From NCBI RefSeq assembly GCF_963853765.1, contig NC_088857.1:13392001-13456000 (forward strand): a stretch of DNA of 64,000 bases, given 5' to 3'. A program made the translations under genes and the position numbers. The notes beneath the pieces were generated by a model that made no database searches, had not been told where the DNA came from, and was given only the letters and a program-made list of their open reading frames with translations. Shown here piece after piece: positions 50,501 to 61,600 of this stretch (position 1 is its first letter; each line of letters opens with the position of its first letter). This DNA comes from Magallana gigas (taxonomy: Eukaryota).

Positions 50501-52516
50501 TTATCATTTTTAAGATCTAAATGTCACAAGCTTTTGTCGCGGGACAGGAAACAGAAGACAGGAAATGAACTTTGAAAAAATGACAAAAGGATACTTGAGA
50601 TATAATTTTGTTCTATTACTCCTGAAAGTTTCAAGAAAATCTATCGAGCCATCTCTGAAAAATCGTGTGTACAAAAATGGGTAACAAAATTCGTACCTAA
50701 TTTTCGAGCCACAGTGGGCTCTTAAGAATGACGCTATTGGCTTAAAACAAAAACAATAGGGACAACTACAAACTATGGTCTACCTATCCTGAAAATTTCA
50801 AAGTCATATCTCTGATAGTTTTTGAGATCAGCTCTGCACAAATAAGTCGTAAAAAATGACAAAATCGGCCGTCAATCAGGACAAGAAGTGACGACAACAA
50901 AAAATTCAAAAACATATAAAATTCAGGTAGTGTCCCATCAACTTTGAAAAAATTGTTGAGATCGGTCGAATAGTTTTCGAGAAATCGCGTGCACAAAATT
51001 TGAATGAAAAAATAAACAGTAAGAAAACAAAAAGGTCTTCCGCTGGAAACGGAAGACCTTAATAAGAGAATGTACGAAAACTATAAGGTCTTCCGTTGGA
51101 ACCAGAAGACCTAAAATATATGGTTGCTAAACAACGCACGAGAAAATACTGCGAACAACAGACCGATTTTTAATTACAGAACTTTGAAGCAAGTTTCAAG
51201 TCAGTCACCCACACATATACATATGTTTTGGATGTTGTTTTGAAAAGCAATACAGATCTCTTGTTTTTCCATAAAAAATAGGACATGTGCTTAAACAAAT
51301 GCCTTATTAATTATCACCCGACGATTGGTTTTTAGCATATATCTTTTTAAATATTTTAGACTTCCGTTCTACTTTTCAAAAGGTATTGAACTGATATGTC
51401 TGCAACCGTTGTACTTTTCATATAATGACTTCTTGCCATATGTAAGTTGTTATTAGAGATACAACAAGGTTGAGGACTTTGTGATTCTATAAAATTGTAT
51501 AAACATTCAATTCAGACAGCTTTGTTCAAATCACCGAAGAAGGTTTTTAAAGCACCTCTAGGTGATTGCATCTCCTACTTTATATATCAACGTTACAAAT
51601 TATTTAAATGTAACTAATCGAGGGCATGTCCATTTGAATATTATATGAAATTGTGTAAGTGTATACTCCTGAGTTACATGTTGAACAAGAGAGTTTCGAA
51701 GTGCAGTGTCTATGTTTAAAAAAAACACGGTTTATGAAATAATACTTACACTTAAAAACCGTTGAGGTCTGTGGAAATCTTGCATGTTGTTGCCATGACA
51801 ACAAGAAGAGAATAAGCATTGGGGCTCTTATTTGAATATCTGTTTTACTTCATACGCAAAATCTACAACCCCTCGCGGAAAAAAGAACTCTGTACTTTTG
51901 TTAGTGATTATCTGTTTTACTTATTAAGTAACATTTTGGTATGAAAAAGATGTACAAGATTTATATGTATATCAAGTGTGCTTTTTAAGCTTTTAAATGG
52001 AATGAAGAATAAAATGAGACTGTTTATTGTTCATTTGGCTAAATGGTGACACATTATCACTTTTTTCTAATTGTAATTTGAAAAGTCGTACCCATTTGTC
52101 GCTGAATATTTAAAAAAAAAAATTGCAATTTTGTTTGATAAAAGAAAACATTTAGCTACACTCGATTTGAAAAACTCAGAATCAACCTTGTCCTTTGGGC
52201 TCGGTGAAAATTATACCCCAGGATAGCTAATCATTGCAATATTATTCTTTTCAGATAAACAGGACTTAACAGCATAATCTGAACAAAATACCTCATGCAA
52301 ATATCCATATATTGCGTTATATAACCGACATACTTGCTACATACACAGTAAAGTTTCCAGTGTTTACCATGTATATGTGTATCTGAACATTCAGCTTTTG
52401 AGCAAAACACTCTCAGAATATTGCAAGGTGAAATGCTGGAAATAATCTTATCAGATAAATTGTGCATATATACTCACCAAATTCTTTAAGATAGAGGGAC
52501 ATTTCTTCATCTCGAT
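35123..52516 (-). CDS. FN3-interrupted pseudo-caspase A: FN3 - p20-like - 6xFN3 - p10-like (~970 aa modelled; first exon unresolved)
   Basis: In-frame GT/AG exons: 52478-52516, 42694-42816, 42303-42602 (FN3), 42058-42132, 41900-41965 and 41373-41666 (p20), 40789-41082, 40402-40692, 39984-40232 plus 38562-38618, 37570-37854, 37156-37425, 36635-36922 (six FN3), 35858-36008 and 35123-35252 (p10, TGA at 35123). A possible further upstream exon is 53082-53126. The link from 52478 to 42816 spans a 9.7-kb intron and is less certain. Confidence 0.85.
36635..41082 (-). CDS. Six tandem fibronectin type III domains of gene A
   Basis: Each ~95-aa unit has the FN3 W (strand B), Y (strand C) and L-x-P-x-T-x-Y pattern, e.g. 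ILEWTPP...NLEPNTQYRFQV and VNWSE...DLHPDLQYEVSV. All are on phase-1/phase-1 exons. Confidence 0.9.
41373..41965 (-). CDS. Caspase large subunit (p20, peptidase C14)-like exons of gene A, catalytically dead
   Basis: LCVIIVND (first strand), FVCVIIGFG (instead of ...LSHG) and KPKVIFVDIIHV (instead of KPKxFxIQACRG). Confidence 0.85.
42159..42233. repeat. (TA)n microsatellite in an intron of gene A
   Basis: Direct reading. Confidence 0.95.
42303..42602 (-). CDS. N-terminal FN3 exon of gene A
   Basis: MKVTWD...IQYIIQWRKK...IKNLTPETDYEVKVSAL; cag| and G|gtacgc sites. Confidence 0.88.
43490..45850 (+). mobile_element. Degenerate LINE (non-LTR retrotransposon) 3' fragment, split by a HINE
   Basis: Frameshifted remnants KVVVFK...YKYLGLIFS (RT thumb), KIFDSIIVPIL.x.SEVWG, VKYWLKI, RYPRQCFEML, and FRCSLHKLRIE...HFQFHC (C-terminal Cys/His motif). 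Confidence 0.8.
43933..45329 (-). mobile_element. HINE/Helentron-associated element with about four ~165-bp internal repeats
   Basis: Termini AAACAAGAGGCCAATAGGCC and GGTCACCTGAGTGACTCAGGTGACCT; repeats CCCTGACCCAGGGGCCATGAATTTCAC at 44585-45180. Confidence 0.8.
47413..47536. repeat. Inverted dimer of the ~55-bp hairpin mini-element
   Basis: Two opposed copies that form an almost perfect 120-bp palindrome. Confidence 0.8.
49243..51113 (+). mobile_element. Second HINE-type family element with AGGTCTTCCG subterminal repeat and two tandem 3' hairpins
   Basis: Starts CTAGATCTCGTTACGAGTAACGAGTAGGTCTTCCG, has internal degenerate repeats with CCGGAAGTGAC, and ends AGGTCTTCCGCTGGAAACGGAAGACCT plus a second variant copy. 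Confidence 0.65.
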
Positions 52517-55420
52517 CTTTAATAAAATGGCAATATTTTACGTTATCGATTATTATGTAATATAGAACATGTTGCTTAAAAAAATTGAATTGAGGATAGA
52601 TAATAGTAGAATGATAAATTTTTGCAAACATACAATTGTAAACAGTTGGCAATAAAATATGTAAATATCTATGTATCCTTCGTGGGTCATTAAAAGGTCG
52701 TTGAATACAATATTAATATTTTTAATAAATATAATTCGAAATTGAAATATACATCCAATATAATGATATTATTACTGTAATTTCACAAGACAAACAAAAG
52801 TGGAACTTTGTGTCTGGAACGTTTCCTACATGATGTCTGAAGTTATCTCTTAAGAAAATGCATATATATAATTATATATATATATATCAACCCCCCACAA
52901 AACATCATGGGTAGGTTTGTTTTATAATGCTTCGTACTGTGCTGGCCTTGTGGCCGATCGGTCGGGAATCAGTAATTAGCCTGCTCCAAATTAAGATAAA
53001 AATGTTTTATTTGTAGAAAAAAAACATGAAAATTTATTTTATACTTGATATAGTTTTCAAAATACCATTTTTCATACGTACTTTTATATAAATCTGGCAG
53101 ACTTCCTGCATGACCAATGAAGGAACCTGCAATAAAAATGAAAATGCCGGTGAAGACACTGAACAAATCATCATGATTATCACAGGTCAATCGTTAAATA
53201 ACTGTTATATGTTCAAACAAACGAATGCGATATCAGATCAACCCGACTAAAGGTTTATGCAAACATCAAACTGTACGTAGTTACCAACATGTAAAATCAT
53301 TTTCACACGCCATGTTACACACACGGTGAATTGTCAAAACTCTTCTTAATTCTTGTTTTTCTAGATCTAGTGAATGGATCTTTTTGAATCTTGTGAATCA
53401 TTTTTATTGTTTATTTCAGCTCTGCATAAACTGAAGTGAATTCATTTTAAGCCAGCCAGTTGATACAGCTTGTGCTACTAAATGCTTCTTCGTGTGTAAT
53501 GAAATTAATTTCCGGTCCTTCTCATATTCATTTAATCTATTTCTTTCTTCGGGGATTCCACCATAAAAAATTAAGAAATTTGTATCTTTTGCCTTAAAAA
53601 ATGAGTTACTTTGTGCCTTTCAAATTTAATTAGAGTTATTGTCTTTTGAATTTGTGTGCACTATTAGGAACTTCCATTTTGAAATAATGATGATCTTTTT
53701 TGACATTAATTCAAACTAGATATTTATTGGATGTAGGATTAACATATCCGAAGACTAAATAGGGTGTTCCAAGGATATGACTAATATACATGTATAAGAA
53801 TGAGTTAAATATTCCCTATGCCTTTTGGGACCAACATGGAATAAACCAATATGGACAGTTCTGAAGAGTCTCTTTGTCTATTCATAAAAAAGAAAAGAAG
53901 TCCCAATTTTTCCAGTTTAGAAATACTTGAGATAGAGAGAAACCCAGACATACATACATACATGTGTATTGCTTTTTATAAATTGTCAGACATTGTTACA
54001 AATGACAAAGAAGAGGGCTTGAAAGACTGCCTGTGGAAATAAATAATCCTGCAATGCAACCTCTTATACATATAATCGGGTCTGTTGACAAGATAAAGAA
54101 GAAATAATCGATTGTCATATACTAGTCTAATTTTTCAAAAGTTGCAGAAATCTGTGAGTACAACAGGGAGTCCCTGAAGGCAATGCACGATAAGGTTGTT
54201 GGAAAGAAAACCTGCCGAAGATGGAAAACTGAGAGAACACGGTAATCCGAACGAAGAAACGCATATTTTCCATGAACTAAATGCTTTCTTATTCAATATA
54301 ATATATTGAACGCATTGACATTGTTATAAAAAGAACTTAATAGGAATATATATTACATACCATTTATGGTATAAATACCTTCTGAATATATTTCTTTTAG
54401 ACGAAAGGGGCCATTGAGTTGAAAATACTGGTAAAGTAAGAAGATCATTTTAAAGAACCCGCATAAATTACGTGTAGACAGTTTTGATTCCATACTTGGA
54501 ATATTAACAAATATCTTAATATTTTACTTAATCCATGAACCATATCAAGAGGAGAGAAAGCCATCGCGAGAAAAAAAAAAGAAAACACGCTTATCATGAG
54601 ATGAACATTACATGCAACAACTGCCGCACACAGAAAGTTCATCATTGGATATGCAAGCCTATAGAAAGGATATCTTACTTAGGCACAAAGTTGTTTTTCT
54701 TGTTTCTTGTTTTCTTGTTGCTCTTCTTGTTTCTTGTTTTCGTGTTTTTAGACCGTAGAGAAGGTTACAACAAATCAAAAACTTGAAATAATTCGTTACA
54801 TTAATTCGCATAGTTTTGCTATTACTATAAACATTACAGACATACTACCAATTCCAAACACACCTGTGGTTAACCAGTAGGCGTGGTCAAGTTCTCAAAA
54901 AAAAAAAGGATATGACTTGCAATGTTAAAGAATTAGTGAAATAGTATTCCTTATGCCTCTTGATTTCTTAAAAGTATCACAGTCTTATCATTAGAGAGAG
55001 AAAATCCATTTTTTTTTATATGTAATAATACAAGTGCTTTTGAATGAAATGAGAAGATACCCATCAATCAAAACAAGATATTTGATTATTTGTCAGACAA
55101 TGATAAAGATGATGTTAAAGAGAGATAAGGAAAGTGTTGTTGGAAAACTAAATCCTGCAGGATATCCGCTCATTAAAATTGTTGTACTAGTTTCTTAATG
55201 ATTGCATAAATCTGTGAATACAAGTAGGGGGAGGGAGGGGTCAAGCACCTTTAAATTTAAGACAATGAATGATAGGACAGGTTGTTGGCATCTTGGAAAA
55301 CTTTGCCCAAAGATGGAAAATTGGGTGACCATTTGAATCCAAACGAAAGAAACGCATATAATGAAAAAACTAAATGGTTTGCTTTTCGATCTGAAATTTT
55401 GAGCGCACTGACATTGTCAT

Positions 55421-56260
55421 AAACAAGCGGCCCATGGGCCACATCGCTAACATGAGCAACATGAGACATAATAGAATTAGCTTTATGAAGTCATATATAA
55501 AATATTGGGACAATGAATGAGAAAAATAAACCCTGTCTTCAAAATTTCTCCAGATGTTCTTATGTATAGTCCCGTTTGTAACTTGATGATTTCATAGTTT
55601 TATCACATATTGAGTATTGTCATTCTATGTTTTAAAGATTTTTCTCTACATATTTATATGTAAAATTCGACTATCCCTCCAATTGCGACCCCACCCTACC
55701 CAGGGATCATGATTTAAACAAATGGAATCTACACAAGTTACAGCTTTTCTAGTCCATGTTTCTCTGTATAATTCTTATGTAAAAAATCGACCCCCGTTGT
55801 TGTCCAATTCTACCAATTCTAAAGTTACAGCTTTTCTGGCCAATAAATAATTTTCTCCATATATATTCCAATGTAAAAATTCGACCCAAATTGTGGCTCC
55901 ACCGTATCCCCGGAAAACATCATATGACCATATTTGAATCTACATTACTTTATGATGCTTCTATAAAAGTAACAGCGTTTTAGACCAATTTGTTTTTGAG
56001 AAGTACATTTGTAATTATATAAACAATTTTTCATAATTCTTAATTATGTCTCTTTAAAAGATAGCATGGTCCTTCATTTTAACAAACTTGTATCCCCTTT
56101 ACCTGAGGATGCTTTTTGCAATATTTGGTTAAAATCGACTCTATGATTCTGAAGAAGTCCGAAATTAAAAAAAACCTGACGGATGGACAGAAAGGCAGAC
56201 TGACGGATGCCCGACTAAAAGTGATAAGTTCACTTGAGCTTTCGGCTCATGGGAGCTAAA
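55421..56260 (-). mobile_element. HINE/Helentron-associated element, same family as 4740-6227
   Basis: AAACAAGCGGCCCATGGGCCACATCGCT at one end and TCACTTGAGCTTTCGGCTCATGGGAGCTAAAA at the other. Confidence 0.75.
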
Positions 56261-56462
56261 AAAAATCTCTGAATTGTAATTTCAATACCCTTTTAAAGTA
56301 TATAATATACCCCAGACTACATTTATTGTAGAGGAAAGAGACCACTAACTCGCAAAATACTGGTAAAGGTAGGAATATCATTTTAAAGAATATGAATAAA
56401 TTAGACCGTTTTGATTCCATTTTCAACATTTATTTTTCTTGATTCAGACACTGAACCAACTC

Positions 56463-56464
<2 letters not shown>

Positions 56465-56534
<70 letters not shown>
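56465..56534. repeat. (AG)n microsatellite
   Basis: Direct reading. Confidence 0.95.
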
Positions 56535-56537
<3 letters not shown>

Positions 56538-58658
56538 CTGACGAAGCACTAAAACTGTTTATCTTTCATAAAGACTGTGTATAGAAGAGTTACTCTATTA
56601 AAATGAATCAAGTGTCCCGCCAATCAATTCAACATCGTACGTCTAAGAATATTAAATATGCGCGTCCTATCAATAGCCTCTACCGTGTTTATTGAAACAG
56701 GCATTTTTCTGAAGTAAAGCATAATTTTAGATGTGTTCTGTTATCTGAAGATACCTGCAAAAGAAAACTAATCGTAATGTTTTTGACTGGTCTTAAACGT
56801 ACTTAACATTATATAAATTATGTATATATTGTATATGTCCCCACGTGAGAGTGTTAAAGCAAAGAACCTTTAATTTATTAGGAGGGCTGAATGGTCGCCG
56901 CCATTTTTAGACCTAATTAGCCAGAAAGTTGCTTTTTTTGTTTAAATTATGTTTTCAGACTCTAAATAAGATACCTATAAATCATTAATTCTAAATAATT
57001 CGTTACATTAATGCACATAGTTTTGCTAACACTATGAATATAAAGGAAATACTGCCAATTCCAATCACATCCACGTATCCTTCATGGTGAAAGGTAAGTT
57101 GTTTTTTGATAAAAAAAATCCTTAATTTCAATAATACAGTTTTTGGTTTCTGGTAATCTTTTGTTTACTAAAGTATTTTATTTATTTATATAATATACAC
57201 ATTTTCATAATAAATCCTATATGAACTATGCGCGGATTTTTTACCGGTTCTGAGGTCCATTTTCGGTAACTTAAATATATTAACTTAAAAAGTTTGTTTT
57301 TCCTAAAAAGGGACATGGGTCCCATCCCTTCTAACGAACCCCCTCAAGGTCCGCGCATGTGAAAGAACCATGTTAAATATATGTATTTTAATGTTTCCTT
57401 CCCTGAGACAATGTTTAGATAATGAAAACCTTTTTCCTTACCTTCGGGAACAAGTTCTATTCTTTTAAATTTTCTGGCTGAAAAGAGATGTTTCGAATAT
57501 ATACATGTACTATAGCAAAAAACCCGTATATATACCAATGTGAAAGAATAAACATGAGTTATTAACCTCATAAAGTAAAAAATAATAACGCGTTTAAGAG
57601 GTTGCTGTGAGGATGTACATTATTTTAAGTGATATGAACATACGCACTTATTCGATTTTGGAATCCACTAAGTAAAACAAAAATGTTAGGAATGTTAACG
57701 AAGTTGACTGTTAAACACTGAAATTATAATAGATATTAAAATTGTAGAAAGAGTGATGAATATATTATTAATAACGTAATGCATAGCAAGACTCGCTAGC
57801 TAATAAATAGACCGTTCAAAAATATCGACACAGCAGGAGTTATGACACCATATCATTAGAGTTGTTCATGTAGTCCTAAGGCGTAGGGAGGACAAGATGC
57901 AATGCAATGATTTACAATGGATTTGAAAATAAAACATCAGTTTTTCTTATATGAACAGTGCTTTTAATAATTCAAATTGTAAGTTTTGTCATATTTCAGC
58001 GTATATGTACATGTAACTGTAAGAGTTAACACTAATAATCCTTTACGTGTATAAAATCTAAAAACTTATCCCACAAACCCATTTTCAAGTCTTTGTATGG
58101 TTTTCTCCAACGTTAAGAGGAACACTGTCGTTTTCTTTTAGTCTGTAAGTAACGTTTTAGAAAAATGAATTCCTCAAAACAACAAAAAGGAACAGAAGGT
58201 ATTATGATTTAGTCCTATTTTTCTAAATTTGAAGAAAGCTTGAACGTCAAAAAGAGAAGTAAATTTGAAAATAAACAGAAATTTTATCATCATCAAGACA
58301 TCTACCTTGACAAATGTGCTATTTTTCTCCATATTTCATCCGTTACTCAAACGCAAAGTTCACAGGAGACACAATCTCTCTGGCACATACTCATTTTGTG
58401 TGACATTTTGTCCAGTGTGTATTCTGTAACGCTATTTAAAGGACAACACGTTCGGCAGATCCAGCCTTTTGATACTTTATCGTTAAAGCATTGGCTTGAA
58501 TGAAAAGAATTAAGACAGATCCCAGATCAACATTGCCATTGTTCTAACAACCGTCACATACAACATCTCAGGAGTCCATTTAAATCTGTGTTGAAACAGA
58601 CGGAAAGGATTCTTTTTTAAATTATAATTAATGGTGGATGATGGACTAAACATTTAAT

Positions 58659-61600
58659 ATGGCGTCTACTAGCGAGGATATAGAAGAAAACATAGATGAA
58701 AACGAGAACACTGAGAAAGACCCCAATGAACAAGAGAGCGAAGAGAAAGACCCCAATGAACAAGAGAGCGCAGAGAAGGACCCTAATGAACAAGAGAACA
58801 CAGAGGAAGGGCTAAATGGTGGAAATCATGAAGAAATTACGCCTAGGGTAAAGTTTTATGAATTGTATTTGGCCGATAATTACATTTTTCACCCTGATTC
58901 ATTCTGCTATATGTAATTAAATGTTTTTGTCTTTCAACTTTAAGACTCTGGAGACATTACCCGAAGAACCAAGCGATCTTAAAAACCCAGGTAACAAAAA
59001 TCAAATAGTAGTAATTGCGATTATAATTTAGGATACTTAGGATCCCCTGACGACTTTAGTCATTAACAGAATACTAAACAATTAATCGAGCCAATTCTGT
59101 ATTATTTTGCTGCCAATTAGCTTGAATAGGGGTTTGAAATTAATTCTGGATCTCACATCAGGCGTTTTTGTTTAATTTCGTTTAACCCGCTCTGTTCACA
59201 ATTTTATATCAAACAAAAGGTTAAGTGCATCGATGATTTTAGTTATTGAAACTTTTATAAATCACATTTTCAACTGTTAAATTTGTAGTAATGTTAATTA
59301 CAAATATGTAAAATAATGTTAAATATGTTAAAATATAGGGGAGATAAACAGTTCTACAATGAATGAAAAATAAACATTTAAATGCACGTTTTCGAAATAA
59401 TTTTTAAAACCAGATGAAGTTCTTGTGCCAACTGACCTAAAAGCTGAAATAGCCGCCAACGAAATCTTACTGACATGGGGGCCACCAGCGGGTCTATCTA
59501 AACACCAGGTCTCTTATGAGGTAGAATGGAAGAAACAATCCGATTCACAATGGACTAAGGCAATCACCCGGGACCACAAATATCTGATAAAGAACCTGGC
59601 TACAGAGACTGATTACGACATGAAAGTTTCGGCGTACGAGAAAATCATCGATCCACAGGAACCAGAAGACTCGGAGCCCGAACCAGAAAAAGAGAAAAGT
59701 AAATAATAAGAATCTTAATGTGATATCAAAACAGTGATTGCACGCTTCAAGTAAGAGTGCAAAGTTTTGTTACATGTATTTTCATGGTATGTTTTTGAAA
59801 TATTTTTTTTTATTCAGAGTTATTTGAACATATGACAATTTTTCCTGAAAGTAAGTATATTTTCTTTTACAAGAACTAAATAAAACCAAATTATTTCTTT
59901 GATAACTCATCTATAATAGCTTCTATTTTTAGAAGTGTATATTGTTCAATTTTGTTTCATTTTTTCCCCTAAAGATTCGACCGTTAGTCAAGTCGGAAGT
60001 GAGGTAGAGGCATTCACACGTAAGAAATAACTTTATTTTGAATATTATAGAGAACAAAATCCGATCTTGTATGAAAAAATATAACTGCATTTTAAAAAGA
60101 TAAATTTTCGTATGTATTTTTTCCAATTGATAACTACGATTGATATAATTTGAAAAATCTCATTTTGATTCTCAAATTTTATTTTAGGAAAACTTGCCTG
60201 AAATATATAATTATTTTTTTTGTGTTTCAAAATCTTTCAAGCTTTGGCTTTGGTAATAACTTCTAAATATCTTATAAAATTAATTAATCAAAATTCAACT
60301 GTAAACAAGTTAAATTCAAAATTAATATAAATAAATTAGTATTGAAGTAAAGTCGGTTACATGTATTCTTCTATTTTCTATTTGTGATATCCTTTAACTG
60401 AAAATTAAAGTAAAACACATAACTAGGTCACTGAGTAAATGCATCTATTGAAAACAGAGAGAACCAAGGAACTAGCAAAGATCGTAGCTGAACTAGAAAG
60501 AACTCTGGAGTATCAAAAGCGTAAGTAAATAAACCAAAATGAATTTGTTAAAATGAATATCCACAAATGATTTTAATAAATTGAATATATTTTTATCAGT
60601 TATATTAATTACTTGCATAATTTATACTCTTGACGAAAACGTATTCATATGATTATGTATAAAATCAGGTCTCAACAAAGGTGAAAAAATACCAAAAAGG
60701 CTTGAGTCTAAACTAAATATGGGTAAGTTGTGATTTTAAACACTTAAGTCTACTATTTTCTCGTAGGATAAAATACTTTCATTTATCAATCCTTTTTAAC
60801 ATACTTGAGTTGAAATACCAAATGAAAATTGAAGGGTTGTTAAATTTAGAAAAATATAAATTTAAGACGCATTTTAGCTAACAATTAAAATAGATGAAGA
60901 TATCGATGTGACAGCAAAAAAGAGTTAAGATCCAGAGTTGCAAAAAATATAATGAAATGTTGAAATACGTGTATTAAATAGGAACTCTCACAGAGTGGAA
61001 CGTTGTGATTTTCATATACCTTTTGTTTCAAATAGAAATTCTGAAACCAGTCAGAAGGAAAGATTGTCCAAAAAGTAAGAAAATATGATTGAGATAATAG
61101 AAAACGGAAAAATTATGATCCATATCTTAGTTCAAGAAGATAGAAAAACTCATATTTTATTGTATTCAAGTATTAATATTTTGTTTTAAGAATGTAATAG
61201 AATTTATCTTACACAGTATACATTATTAATGTTACTGTTAAAAAAAGGAATTCTCTCAAATGTCGACGTTTTTTGAACAGGAATTCTTTTCATTATTACT
61301 AATGATATGTTTGCAAGATCTCCACAACTAAAAGCTTCCGCCAGAATGCAAAGTAAGTTTTATGTTTATTTTAAAACAATGATACCTTAAAGAATTCGTA
61401 AAAGGTATTAGAATTTTAGAGAATTTGAAGAAAACATCTTATATAGTATCTTAATTTCGGTAAAACATCTGGATAAAACTATGTTTATCATTAGACACAA
61501 TATTTCTTTCTATAGCTGAAATTACCCGACTTTTTGAGCGCGATTGGAAAGGAGAAGGTGATATTGTTAGAAGAATCAGAAATGGCACTCGAGCACAAAT

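Noticed and set aside
54680-54815. MRINVTNYF...KTTLCL as the first coding exon of gene A
   Set aside because: It has a phase-compatible donor, but it is low-complexity and overlaps a duplicated block. It may be a UTR; unresolved without cDNA.
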